Shown here: positions 12,981 through 26,627 of the stretch, piece by piece
Position numbering within the stretch: the first letter of the stretch is position 1
Layout: every line of letters begins with the position of its first letter
NCBI GenBank assembly: GCA_013265495.1
Contig: MU058453.1
Span: 62,001-126,000 of the forward strand
Origin: Vicugna vicugna
Lineage: Eukaryota
DNA: 64,000 bases
Direction of reading: 5' to 3'
Notes under the pieces: generated by a model
What the model saw: the letters and a program-made list of their open reading frames with translations, nothing else
Database searches by the model: none
What the model was told of the DNA's origin: nothing
Program-made: the position numbers and the translations under genes

Positions 12981-14849
12981 TATCTTTTTATTCCGGTTTT
13001 CTTGACGTTAGCCCTTTTCTTTCTAATTACTCGAATCTTGTCCATACATCAGATTATTTTTTGTAGTAGTAAATAATGTGTCTTTCATTAACTGCCAATT
13101 TTTCTGTTCCCATACTACACTTTTAATATTAAATTATGACTCTATTCTCCTTTTTATGTCGAGGATTACTGGTTTAATTTCTTTACTATTTTATCTTTGT
13201 TTATTGTATTTATTTTAAAACAGTAGAAGTTTGTACTTCTCTGACTTCCACAACATATTTGTCCAGAAACCTATCTTTAAAGGAAAAAAGTAGGAACTAT
13301 TTCATTTAAAAAAAAATTTGGCCAGTAAAATTCCCGATTTAGTCAACTTTATGGGTTTAAGGAAACATTCTTCAAAGCACAAACATAACTGGGAGATTTA
13401 AAATACTGTCATTGATGAAATCTACTTTGTGAGTTAAGAAATTATTGTTTTAAAATATGAGTATAACTTCAAGGATTAAAACACTGTCATTCAGTTTTTA
13501 TGGATGTCATTAATCATCAGCTTTCTTCCTTTGCTTTCACTCTTAAGAAAACTGAGGTTTAAAATACATTTTACACAAAATACTCCTTTTTTTAACAACT
13601 AGAAGAAAATAGTTCCTTTGAAATAACAACGTTGGATTAAAGATGGGGATTCAGTGGGCTGGTGCTTCCTTGTTGTGTCTTGCTATGAATATGTGTAATA
13701 TGATGGGGCTGGAGGAGCAACTGGCTTCCTGGTTCAGGCAAATGAAAGCATTAGAATGAGAGAGAGCATAAAAGGAGTTAGGAGACCTTTGAAGAGAACG
13801 TTCCTCTACTTAAAAATTTCCCCAGAGTAAAACATAGATGGAATTATATGCTATTAAATACATCTCTATTGACTCTCAACATTGCTCTTCTTGCCTGTTC
13901 TGAGATCCTATAAATGCATAAAATGTCTACTGCAATTCAGAAAACTTCTAAACTCTTTGATTTTTCTTTCACATTCCTCTTGAATCATCTAATACTATTT
14001 GATATTGTACAATAATAAAAACTTAGTCTCTATTTTAAAGGTGAAAGTACAGAGTTGACAGAAAGTTGAATATGCTTAGTGTGAATCTCTGATAACAGCT
14101 AATCATGCTGATATAGATAAGGGAGTTTTTTTCTTAAAAAGTGTGCATTGTGTTTCATGTATGAAGAGGAAGGCTAGAAGAAAACTCAATTCACATGGAC
14201 AAGTTGTGCAAGAGATAATCAGGCACCTGGAATTTTTGCACACAGATTCCAGGCAAAAGCAGTATTAAGAACTGTGAAGAGCAGGTTCTAATGGAACCTT
14301 GGAAAATTCCAAGAAATACATCTCTAGAACCAAATTAATACTAGGGAAGAGTGAGTATAACATCTCTAAAAAGCTACAATGAGAAAAGTTGTCTGTTGCT
14401 TTATTTATTCTAATAAGGACTTTTTTCTTGATCTTTTTACATGCACTTTTACACTGTCTTAGGCTGAGTTTTCTAGGGGGGAGCCCAAGACAGGCACTGG
14501 GTAGCACAAAATTAACTGGGAGAGGCCCCATGTGGAGAAACCTGTAGGAAGTGAAGCTGGATAGGAAAACATAAAAGCAAGGATGTGTTTTCAACGATAG
14601 TCCAGCCTTGGCCTGATTCTCAGGGGAACGGCCCTAGGGCATAATTCACATTACAATCACCTCCTCTGAGGCAATGGGGGCAATGGGGACAACCTGCACC
14701 CAACTCAGTCACCCATCATCGGTGAAGTGTCACCTGAGGGCAGTTCTCCAGAGGAGAGCAGCAACATTCACATCAATGAATCCAAAGGGAGAGAGTCACA
14801 CTGTCTGCTGATACAAAGACATGACTGAGGTCCTCGGCTATTCGAGGCT

Positions 14850-15075
14850 TCACAGTGCAGGTGTCAAGCCTAAGAGTAACACTTCAGTTGATTCCAGATG
14901 CCCAGCTGACTCTGAATTGACCTAGTGTTCTAGCCAATGCATCTGACACCATGCAGAGCAGAGAGGCTCTATCTGCAGACCTATGCACAAGCTGCAGACT
15001 CATGAGCAAAATCAATGTGATCATTGTCTTAAAGCTAGTAAAGTTTTGGGGTACTTTGTAATGCAACCACAGCAG
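14850..15075 (+). mobile_element. MaLR (MLT1) LTR 3' fragment
   Basis: gctgcagactcatgagcaaaatcaatg...ttgtcttaaagctagtaaagttttggggt is the typical MLT1 3' end. Confidence 0.65.
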
Positions 15076-18000
15076 CCAGAAGGCATAGGGTCTGAAGTCA
15101 GGTGAACTCTCATTTCATACATAGACTACGCAATAACTTTGAACAAGTAACTGGAGTCCTCTGCACTTAAGAATAATCAGTACTTACCTCACAGGATTCC
15201 AGAGAGAGTACACAGGAAGTCTTTGACCAGTTTTTTACTCTGTATTGATTAATGGAGTTCCTCACTCTATCAAAAGGCCCTCTGAATTTTAAAAAGGTGT
15301 TCTTACATGCATTCCTTGGTTTTTCACCTAACAACCTAAATACAATTCCCCTCAATTAAATGACGCCTTTTAAAACAATGAAAGTAACTTCAATGTAGTT
15401 TATGGATAATCTCACTTGGCAGGTATCTAACTTTTCTTTTTAAAAAAAAAAAGTAGAATTAACTAGTAGCAGCATTAGTAGTTTTCAGGGGGTTTTATCT
15501 ATAACTGTATTCAAAGGAGTTTTACATAGTTATTTTAGAATAAAATAATTGTTCGTTATTACCTTTCATCAGGATCATGTTTTGTCCGATTCTCTGCTAA
15601 AAATTTACATCCATTATTTCATTTGATCTCATAATATATCTCTCATGAATAATGATAAGCCCATCTCACAGATAAGGGAACAGAGGCTACAGCTAAACAG
15701 GCTCAGAAGGGCACAAAGTTAATGTGTGGCACATCGGCAGTTCTAAACAAGAGGTGTTTTCTAAGCTAACGTGGTCATTCTAAAATTCAGTGACTCCCCA
15801 GAGCTGTAAATTCAGAATTCCAAGCCCTGTGTTCGCTTGGTCAGGCCTTACCTCTCAAATAACTGCAAATTTCCATTTTTTTCCTGCATAGTCACCTTTG
15901 TGGTAGGGTCAGTAAATACCAAACTTGGAAAACAATAATTCCAAACTGGTGGTAGGGGACATTCAAAGCTATTTTGGGACACTCCTTAGGGTAAGGTAGG
16001 ATTAAGGATACAACTTCAACTGAATGTAAATAATTTTCCAGCAATCACTGCTGCACAGCATTGCGAGAAACTGTTTTAAAAAGAAGCAACTTCAGAAAAG
16101 ATATTTAGCTGAAGTTTTATGAGACACTTTTCTGTAATCCTCTGACTATATTATCTTCTTTTTGTCTTAGGATATTTAAGTTCTCATCAATTTTAGATTA
16201 ACAGAAGGCTTAAATCAGACAATTGTGGGAAAGTGTATCACTGATTATTAGAATCACTTTAATTTAAATCTATTAGCATTAAATATAACACACGTGTTAA
16301 GTCCTGCAGTATACCAATGCACTTCAAAGAATTATAAAAATATGATATCCTTACAGTCCAATACTGATATGCATATGCACTTATTGTTATTTTGTAACAA
16401 AGTAGGACACTCTGACATGTTTTAGTTTGTGCAATTCTCAGAATTTCTTCAGCAAAGTAGATCCACATACTCTATTTTTTTAAAAAAACTTCCAAGACAT
16501 ACCTGTGCACTCGACTCTTTTACCATTAAAGGAACCAAGCTGATACTTTTCAGAGGCAGCCAATAAATGCCATTTCCAGTCTGACACCTGTAATAACTCT
16601 CCAGGTTTTAGTTCAAAGACAAGCTTATCAGCTTGGCTTGCCATCCTTGAAAATAGGTAGTTAAAATGAAACATACGAAGGACCTTTATAGCTCCACTCC
16701 CCTCAACCACCTTTATACAAATATTAATCCTGTTTTAATTCAATGCCATTTTAAACTTCTCTTGTTCATGATTTGTTCACCAAACTGCACTACTTTCTAG
16801 ATTGCCAAGACAAGCACAATTCAGAGGCCAGACCCAAGCAATTAAGGCCATTTTGTGTCAAAATACAAACTGGAGAAATTCCAGCTGGTCGATACGCCAT
16901 GAGACATACGTATCTCAGAAGTGAGGTAGTTACCTACTGCTTTATGGACCTCTGCATAGTCCTGCTAGAAACAATAAACTCAGCTAAAATGCAGCCAGAC
17001 ATAACACTCCTAGCGAGCTTTCCATAGAGCCCCTGTATCTGCAGTGCATCCGCTCAGCATGCAGGTAGGCTATGTGGCATGATCTCTACAATTCTGAGTT
17101 AAGTGCCTACAGAACCTTAGACGAGTGGATGGTGGGTTTAGCAACTGGATGCATTTTACAAGGCGCTGCCGTAGAAGAGACTTAATAATGAGACTCAGAA
17201 ATATCTCAATGTGTTCTGTAATGTTACCCAACATTAAAAAAAAAAATCAACAGAATTCAATAGAGAGCCAGAGATGCCGACCATTTTCTAATATTCAGGA
17301 GGGTTCTTTAAAGGTCTTTGACATAATTCCTTTCATTGTGGTTGACTGACAGCTATTTCAACTCTGTGTGTTTAGAATCTTCACAAAATTTTACGAGGAA
17401 AGGAAAACTAGGATCCTAATTTCATATTTAACAGTGCTTCAAAAGTATGTACAAGGCATTTAATTTCTATGAGGTTCCTTTTCTTTATATATCAAATTAG
17501 AAGGCTGATTAACATAATCTATATTGTGCTTCCTATTTCTATGAACCATGGATGTGTGTGCATAATATCCTGTGATCAGCCTATAAAATATTTCAAAAAG
17601 AAAACTGAATAAATTTTGTTTTGTTTAATGTATTAAATATATTTCTATTTGAAGAAATGGCAAAAGATAAACTAGTACTGAATCTTAGCTGAAAAATGAC
17701 TGAAAAAAATGACCTGAGAATTTGGGCAAAGTTAACCAAGAAAATAAAGAAATTTTGTTGCCTGTGTTACACTGATACCTTCTTTAAAACAATGAGATAA
17801 AAGAAACTGAAACATTTAGAATGTATGTCTTGTAGACGATCATCGTTTCTTACTTAAGAAACAAGGTTATGAATGTTTAGAATATGCAATTTTTCAGAAG
17901 AAAACGATGAATATGGCATTTGGTGTCTAGTTCTTAGATTATATTTCTTTATACTAAAAATCAAAAGAACATTAAACACTTGTTATATTTTCAGCTGGGC

Positions 18001-20310
18001 CCTCCTATTATGTATAGTGATTGATCAGAAATGTACTATCTAAGTGACTTCAATTCCTACCAGCAGAAGACAGATAATAGTACTTTTGACTTTGATCATG
18101 ATAACAGAAAAGTTAAATACATGTACATAAATTACTAACTTCATTAAATTAATGTTGACACTGCATGATTATATTATATATACTATAATTTATATAGTAG
18201 AACACAAATGTAAGAAAAAAGAAACCAAATAGATCCTTTCATTTTTAAATCCCAATATAGTATTCTCAAAACTAATTTCTCCTAAAATAATGAAGACAGC
18301 TGTATATGCACATGTGATACACTACTGATCATAAATGCAATTCTCTAGAATGTGCTATATATAATCATGTTCTGGGCAGCACCCGCAGCTTTTATGCTCT
18401 GTTTCTATTAATCAGCATGGACGCTGGAATGCTGTGAGACCGTCGGGTTACAAGGCCCCTGACTGATGGAGGGACTGCCGAGCCACACGCCCACGGCTTT
18501 CCTTCTATCCCACTGTTCCATGGAGCAGTGAGCAAGCTGGAGTCACTGCACTTTGGCCTAACTGGTGACAACTCTAGATTTTCAGATTTTGGACATAAGG
18601 AGCTGAATGAAGAGACTAGAAATCTTACCAGTATTTTCTTTCCTCTAGACCAAGTCTTTCTTCAGTAAAACAAATAACCAACCAAACTCATAAATACACA
18701 GAGAAATAAGCTTAACACACACTTGATAAAATATTTCCTATTTATGAATGAGAATTTTAAACTCAGTCTTTATAAGTCATGGAGAAAGAACAGTCTTTCT
18801 CAGATTTCAGCTCTGGTCACCAAATAAAATGCACATCTATGTGCCTACAGTGTGTGTATGTATGTATGTGTATATATGTATATATATACACACACGTGAT
18901 CTTTTAAGTATTCTTAGCAATATCTTTACTGTGAGTGCTCTTAATAGAACTCTAACTTCACTGAAGAGTTTGTATTACTTACATTCACCTATTTAATAGT
19001 GTTCTCATAGGTAGTAAGCAACAAATTTTTGTAAAGAAAACTATGAACTCTCACTGCTAGGGAAACTGCTGATATATAAGCTGAAAATGTGAGTTCGATC
19101 ATTCCAAGTGTCTAACATGCAGTCATGCTGGCTTGGTGAAAGAAAAATCTCTTCTTTTAAGCAATTTTTTGAACCTAAAACTGCAGAATAAATAATAGAA
19201 AGATCTTTATTCTTGAACTCTTATGTTATATCAAATAACAAGCATATTTTGAATTACGAGACTACAGTATTCTACACAAGGATTCTGCTGTCCACATGAG
19301 CCAGTTGCTTTTTTTATGTAACAACCTTTTGTGGAATTATAGTTCCATAATTTTCAACAATGTGTTAAGTATTCAATATCATTCAGCATTCATAACCATT
19401 TCAATGTGACCATTGTCTAAATGGACAAAAGTGGGGGAAGAGATGAGATTTAGAATTGAAAATTAAAATCTATTAAGTACCTTGTGTTATAATAAGTCTT
19501 TCCAGAGAAGTATAGCATTTTTTAAAAGGCATATCTGAATATGAATTTCCTAGAATGTATTCTTTTGTTTGTGGGTTGTATCCTGTACAAACAGGAGTCA
19601 CTTTGGATGCAGGCATATGTCTGTGAGACCCTTTTCTCCCTGTAAAATCAGGAGGTTAACTTCATGATACCTAAGATCTATTCCAGCTCTTAACGTTCTG
19701 GTCTAGAATCCAGAGACACCACCCAAAAAACACATAGGCTCTCTCATGCTACTAAAAATATGACCTGTATGTGTATGTATGTGAAAATGACTGTTATGTT
19801 AAGAACAACAATAAACGATCCTGAGGCTCTTTAACAGTGAATTTAATAAATGTGAAGAACACTTTCATATTTGCGTGAGCATTTTCACTTGGAAAAATGG
19901 TATGATTTAATCACCTCCTGCATTTAGATTTGATTCATTCATTTCTAAAAGTATCACTTTCACTATGGTGCAAATCTGAACAGTTTGGAATACTTGGAAG
20001 AGTAGGAAGATGTTTTACTAGAAGCTTAAAGCTTCAGTTCTGGATGTTCTGCTCTGTAAGGAGGTCACTTTCCCTTTAAAGAAAATCCAAGACTAGTACC
20101 AACTGAAAGTAATTTTCTGAACATTTTATATGTAACATGTTTTATTTGAACACTGTTCTATCAGATAGGCATTTTATTAAGTTACATAAGTGGTTTGTCA
20201 TTTGAGGTTGATTTCTTGGAAACACTTTTTTTTTTACTAGCAATGCATATAAACTTTATCATGATTATAGGACAAACAACATTCAATAAACAGATACTTA
20301 AGAAATATCT

Positions 20311-21770
20311 CAGGCCGCCGAAGCCGCCCAAGCCTCTGAAGCCGCCGAAGCCTCTAAAGCCGCTCAAGCCGCCCAAGCCGACGAAGCCTCTCAAGCCGCT
20401 CAAGCCGCCGAAGCCTCTCAAGCCGCTCAATCCGCCCAAGCCGCCGAAACCTCTCAAGCCGCTCAAGCCGCCCAAGCCGCCGAAACCTCTCAAGCCGCCC
20501 AAGCCACCGAAGCGCCTCAAGCCGCTCAAGCCTCTCAAACCGCCGAAGCCTCCCAAGCCGCCCAAGCCTCTCAAGCCGCACAAGTCGCCCAAGCGGCCGA
20601 AGCCTCGCAAGCCGCTCAAGCCGCCCAAGCCGCTCAAGCCGCCCAAGCCGCCCAAGCCGCCNNNNNNNNNNNNNNNNNNNNNNNNNNNNNNNNNNNNNNN
20701 NNNNNNNNNNNNNNNNNNNNNNNNNNNNNNNNNNNNNNNNNNNNNNNNNNNNNNNNNNNNNNNNNNNNNNNNNNNNNNNNNNNNNNNNNNNNNNNNNNNN
20801 NNNNNNNNNNNNNNNNNNNNNNNNNNNNNNNNNNNNNNNNNNNNNNNNNNNNNNNNNNNNNNNNNNNNNNNNNNNNNNNNNNNNNNNNNNNNNNNNNNNN
20901 NNNNNNNNNNNNNNNNNNNNNNNNNNNNNNNNNNNNNNNNNNNNNNNNNNNNNNNNNNNNNNNNNNNNNNNNNNNNNNNNNNNNNNNNNNNNNNNNNNNN
21001 NNNNNNNNNNNNNNNNNNNNNNNNNNNNNNNNNNNNNNNNNNNNNNNNNNNNNNNNNNNNNNNNNNNNNNNNNNNNNNNNNNNNNNNNNNNNNNNNNNNN
21101 NNNNNNNNNNNNNNNNNNNNNNNNNNNNNNNNNNNNNNNNNNNNNNNNNNNNNNNNNNNNNNNNNNNNNNNNNNNNNNNNNNNNNNNNNNNNNNNNNNNN
21201 NNNNNNNNNNNNNNNNNNNNNNNNNNNNNNNNNNNNNNNNNNNNNNNNNNNNNNNNNNNNNNNNNNNNNNNNNNNNNNNNNNNNNNNNNNNNNNNNNNNN
21301 NNNNNNNNNNNNNNNNNNNNNNNNNNNNNNNNNNNNNNNNNNNNNNCAAGCCGCCCAAGCCGCCCAAGCCGCCCAAGCCGCTCAAGCCGCCCAAGTCGCC
21401 CAAGCCGCCCAAGCCTCTCAAGCCGCTCAAGCCGCTCAAGCCGCCGAAGCCTCCCAAGCCGCTCAAGCCTCTCAAGCCGCCGAAGCCGCTCAAGCCGCCG
21501 AAGCCTCTCAAGCCGCCCAAGCCTCTCAAGCCGCTCAAGCCGCNNNNNNNNNNNNNNNNNNNNNNNNNNNNNNNNNNNNNNNNNNNNNNNNNNNNNNNNN
21601 NNNNNNNNNNNNNNNNNNNNNNNNNNNNNNNNNNNNNNNNNNNNNNNNNNNNNNNNNNNNNNNCCGCCCAAGCCCCTCAAGCCCCTCAAGCCTCTCAAGC
21701 CCCTCAAGCCGCCGAAGCCGCGGAAGCCTCTCAAGCCGCCCAAGCTGCCCAAGCCGCTCAAGCCTCTCAG
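20311..21770. repeat. GC-rich 9-bp-unit tandem array (CAAGCCGCC / CAAGCCTCT / GAAGCCGCC / CAAGCCGCT) containing two assembly gaps
   Basis: Nonamer periodicity visible at 20311-20661, 21347-21543 and 21664-21770. N runs at 20662-21346 and 21544-21663. AT-rich flanks. Confidence 0.97.
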
Positions 21771-22999
21771 AAAGGAACCAGAATTGGGTCCTGATCTCTA
21801 TTTACCAAAAATCTACTCCAATGCTGGGGGCGGGGGGAGTAATCTTGTATTTTAATACGGCTCTGAAAACAAAAGAGTTAAATTCTCAAAGCATGCAACT
21901 GAATTCTAAGGAACAGATTCTAAACTAAGCGAATCTAATTCATAAAAAATAATAGATTTCACCTGCTGTTCTATTAAAATGATAGTACGGTGCTATAGAG
22001 AGTAGAAACTTAAAATCATCAAGTGTAGAAGGCAATTCTGGAAACAGAAGAGTTCCATCTACAGAAAATCTTTTCACCTGTACTACATTAGGGATTCTTA
22101 AAGTTTTTCAAAAGGATAAGTTATACTTATTACTTTCAAGTTAATGGCTTATAATTACGGCTTTAATATAATGACTCATCAACTTCCTTTCCATGTAAAT
22201 ATTATCACCTCACAATTCATAAAGTGACAAATGTTGAAATAGGCACTAGGCAAATTTTAAACTCCTTAAATTACATACATATATTAGAAAAATGTCTCAA
22301 GATTGGATTACTGGGCCACAAATATAACTGATGAAATAAATGAAATAAATGTTGGTTTTGATATAAATATTTAATTCCATATTTTTCAGATGAGAGCCAA
22401 GAAAATGCATTGTAATTTCAAAATTACAGTTACCTTTTTCTTTGTATATATACACATTTTCATCACTTTATATTAAACTTTAAAAGAAGAAAATATCCTA
22501 AAGTTTAATTAAGAGTTTTAAATCACAGGAATTTACTAATTTATATCTATCTATGAACAATGATAAACATTTGGTAGAAAAAATATATATAATTCTTTTA
22601 GTTCAATGCAAGGGACATTACTTACAAAAATGATTTTAATGGTGTTTAATTTTTAATGTAATTCTTATGCTATGTGTTTACATAAGTATAAATTGGTTCA
22701 TCTTATTTACATTTCTTGGCCTGAAACTGCTTTTAATATGTTTACAAGACCATTAAAAAGAATTTGTCAAACCACGTAGTTTCTGCATGATTGGCATTAA
22801 AGCTTTTCCTGCTGGTTTTAATGAGACCTTTGGATCAAATGTGTTAGAAGCACCTTCTAATTAAACAACAAAAATTAAGAGTTTGTAGCAGAATGAACTT
22901 TGTTAAGACTTAAGATTTTGTTTTCTAAAGACTTATCTGAAAACGTATACAATTTAGTGACGGTAGTTCTAGTACAAAGTAGAAAGGAGCCAGAACAGA

Positions 23000-23510
23000 A
23001 AAGCAGCTTCTTACCTTCGCAGGCTCTCGCGTCCTCCCCGACGGGCCGTCTGAGTTTCGGCTCCTTTCGAACGTCCGGGCCTTCTCTTCCACGCTCCTCC
23101 TGCGCGGTGTTTCTTCACGGAAGGAAAGTGCATTCTCTCCCCGACTCCTTCAGGACATTTCATTAAAGCCAAAATGGACTCAGTTCTCTGCTGAGACATT
23201 TTTAAAAGGGAAGAGGGCCCTGTCCGTTCCGGCCCTCCACACTGTCGGGGCGGATTCTCCTCAATTCCGCCCGGAGTCGCTTCCTCGGCAGCTGAGAGTG
23301 AACTTGCCAGAAGCTGTGGCCGCGACTGCGCAGGCGGGACGGCGGGGGGGCGTCTGTGCGCATGCGCACAGGCCGCCCAAGCCGCCGCCCAAGCCGCCGC
23401 CCAAGCCGCCGCCCAAGCCGCTTCCCCCGCCGCCGCCCAAGCCGCCGCCGCCCCGAGATTGCGGCGCCAAATTCAGCAGAAAAACGGAGCCCGAATGTAG
23501 CACAAACAAG
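23000..23510. promoter_or_regulatory. CpG-island promoter, probably bidirectional, with an NRF1 site
   Basis: CpG-dense island in AT-rich DNA. Perfect NRF1 palindrome TGCGCATGCGCA at 23357-23368 and a GC box near 23248. Minus donor AAG|GTAAGA (exon ends at 23015) and plus donor AAG|GTAGCT (exon ends at 23510). Confidence 0.8.
23369..23454. repeat. Short 12-bp tandem repeat (CCAAGCCGCCGC)n
   Basis: About four tandem copies plus degenerate copies, directly after the NRF1 site. Confidence 0.9.
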
Positions 23511-26090
23511 GTAGCTGTTGGTTTACATACATAACCTGATTTAATTACTCAAATGAGGAAGAAAGTATTTTCTTGTGGGTCTGTGTATTCTCAAATTCTT
23601 AGGGCAATTTAAAAAAAATGACTGACTACTTCTCTAGTCTTTATCTAGTTCCAATAGTAGACTTCGATGGCCTTCTATTTACTTATTCATTCATTTAACA
23701 ATGAATTTAACAATGAATTAACAAGTAATTTAGTGGGGATCTATTTCCAAGTATGCATTTTACAAGATACTTATGACTTGGGAAATGGAAGTGCTTCCTT
23801 ATTCTGGTCTGGTTCCCTAAGTAGATGTGGTAAGATTAACCAAAAAGGGAATATAAGGAGTATAAGAGTATAAAGGAATATATTATTATTTTTCTTTGAT
23901 TTCATATCAGATTTGTAACAAGTTGCTCGAGATCTGAGGAAGTATAATGAATTAAACTTCTTCAGTTGGTTTAGAAGGCCTAATTATGTATTTTTCTTGA
24001 CTTTGTTTCATAAATTTTTAATTATCGAAAGAATTACGTATTTTCCTCCTTTTCTTACTTGTAAATTCCTGTGGTTTTGAATGAGTCTGAAACCTCAAAA
24101 TTAAAACCCACATACTACAGGTTAATATTTTGCCTGACCCTTTTCCAAATAAATTGAAGAATCTACCAAGAAAGATATTATTTCCCACAGGTACTTTTGA
24201 TTTGCTCACTCTTCTTACTTTATTTCAATTGGCATTATCAGATTCTAGACCTCAGAAGAAGTTTTATTTATTCCATTCAGACTTGGAATTTCTTTCAAAT
24301 TTAACGAGATAATTCTTGGTGAAATCATTTAAATGTCCTAGGTAAAGTCTATAATATACAGTAGATTCACATTAAACTAAATTTATTTCTTTTTACTTCA
24401 TTCAACTGTTAAAATCATTAAAGAAGATAATTTAGATGATATAAACAAATTTTATTTAACGCTTCATGAAGTGGACTGTCATATTGCAGAGAACTGCAAA
24501 ATGGGCAGAAGGCAAGAGATTTTTATAGGATAAAGAGTAAAGAGCAAGGAAGAGGAAAATAGAAAATATCTGATTGGCTGAGGCTACACAACTTTTAGGG
24601 TGAGAAGACCCAGAGGTCTAACCGTATAAGGAAGTACTAAGCATATAAGGAAGACAAAGGATAACTTGGACTTAAAAAAACACCAAATTTATTTTTATAA
24701 AATGACACAATAGAGGTAACTGTAAAATACAGAATAGAAAAAATGTCTACAAATGTTTGACAGATATATCTAGAATATACAGATACATTCAGCAATAATA
24801 TCCAGACCTCAGAATCATAGTGTTGAGTTAAGAGAGTAGGAAACAGAATAAGGCATCATTTAGTTAACTTAAAGTACGTATAATTACAAAAGATATTTAA
24901 AAGAAAATGGTAAGGGTTTCAAACGTCTCAGTAAAAGTGAGTGGGATGAGAATGGAGATCAAGAAAGGAAAGAAAGTCAAATGGAACAAGGGATTGGGTT
25001 TCCACAAACAGTAAAACAATGAGCTGCTGAGCTGCAAACCCAAGATGTGCTTAGCCCTGCCCTGCCAATTGAAGGAGGTCAAATGAAACAATCAATCAAG
25101 AAAATAAGACACCTTGGTGAGAGTTAATTAGAAAATAAATACATTGATTTTTTTTCAGAATTTTACTATGACATCAACTCTTTTTGCTTCAATTCTTTTT
25201 GCTGCCTGTTCCTCTTCCACAGTTTTAATACACCCTGAAGGCTGAGAGGGTTAGCTCCATAACTAGAAATAATTTAGAGAGAAAGAATCATTGAAATACA
25301 AAAAGGAAACATCCTGCATCACTCTGAGCATTTTTTATGGCAGTGTAAATTCCCTTCATTCAAAAAGCATCTTTTAATATTTAAATAGGATACTGTGTTC
25401 TATGAAAGAAACATCGGATTTTAGGAATGCAAATGAGGGTGCGCTATGAAACAAAGATGCAGAATTTAAAAGGTAATATGCCCTTCAGCAAGCAGCAGTA
25501 AAGAGAAAGGATGTTGGGAGGGATCAAGGAAATATTGTGATTTTTGAAATGAAAATTGTACTAGCATTTTTCAAATTTAGCAGTTTGACAAGGCTAATGA
25601 CAGTTGTAGTACACTTTTAGTTTAAAATGCAAGAATTATCTTTGGCTAATAAACAGGAAATCAATCCAACAGGATGTGCTTATTAGCATTAACTAGGACC
25701 CTGTATAGGTTCCTGATAGCACCTCCCTCTGGCCAAGTAGGTGCGCAGGATTCCATTCAGTTGCTGTCTGGGCTCCCTTCTTCTCCCCTTTCCCCTTTTT
25801 TTTGCTCATTGCTAGAAAACAAGACATTAATTGCAGATTCAGCTATAAAATATAGCTAAATTTTAGTTTTCCCATTTTAAACACGAAGGAATTGAGCCTC
25901 TGAAAGGTTAAGCAGTTGGCCAAGTGACAGAGCTGGGACTAAAATCCAGGACTGCAGTGAAAGCTCACATTCTCAAGAATGAGACTGCATCGCCGTAGAA
26001 CTGTAACATAGGCCTTCCTCATTCCTAAAGGAGAATTTTGGACACATCTTCTTTAAAATTAAATTTGTGTTGTTTCTTTGTTTTTAACAG

Positions 26091-26172
26091 GAAAGGAAAC
26101 CTGCCTAGAAGAAAAACTTCAAAAGAGCCACGATTTTCTCCCTCAATCAGGATGGGATGCATTGCTGGGAAG
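26091..26172 (+). other. Candidate internal exon (82 nt) of a plus-strand transcript from the 23-kb island
   Basis: Strong acceptor tgtttctttgtttttaacag| and donor AAG|GTATTG. Purine-rich exon body. Confidence 0.4.
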
Positions 26173-26409
26173 GTATTGTGTGAACTATTTTCTTAAGTTT
26201 AAAAAAAGGAAAAATAAGGTCAATGTTTGTCCATAGCCCAGGCTACTTGCCAAGGCTGAGACTTTGGAATTAAGCAAGCTACCCACGCCTAGACTCCACA
26301 CTCAGGCTCTCCTTCCTACTAAGAAGCTGTGGGTGTCGTAGACGTGATTGAGAATCACGTTTGGCTAGCCCTGTGTCTTCCATATGCCTGAAAAACAGCC
26401 ACAAACTCA

Positions 26410-26627
26410 ACCAGTATTGTCAGGTATCCCCTTAAGCTATCAGGAATTATGTGTTAAGATACTGTAGTGCACATTTAAGCTACATGGAGTCATGATGCTG
26501 ATGAAAGAACAAAGACTTAGGTCTTTATTGTGTCACTTTCATCTTATTCATTACAGTAAACTAGCATATTAACCAACATTTATATCAGGACTAGGAGAGT
26601 CAGTTGTTAAACATTTACCAGCAGGCG
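26410..26627. mobile_element. hAT-Tip100 (Arthur-like) DNA transposon fragment
   Basis: gagtcagttgttaaacatttaccagca resembles the recalled Arthur1 terminus. Confidence 0.45.

Noticed and set aside
15563..15596. Possible 34-nt minus-strand micro-exon (ttttag ... aag|gtaata)
   Set aside because: Such splice-like pairs arise by chance in AT-rich DNA, and there is no homology or supporting exon chain.
20182..21928. 577-, 394- and 375-aa ORFs as real genes
   Set aside because: Their length comes from N runs and the nonamer repeat. The frame across the gaps is unknown and the listed 20195 start is TTG.
25717..25735. CTCF-like motif (minus strand tggccagagggaggtgcta)
   Set aside because: Several mismatches at core positions; not supportable without ChIP data.
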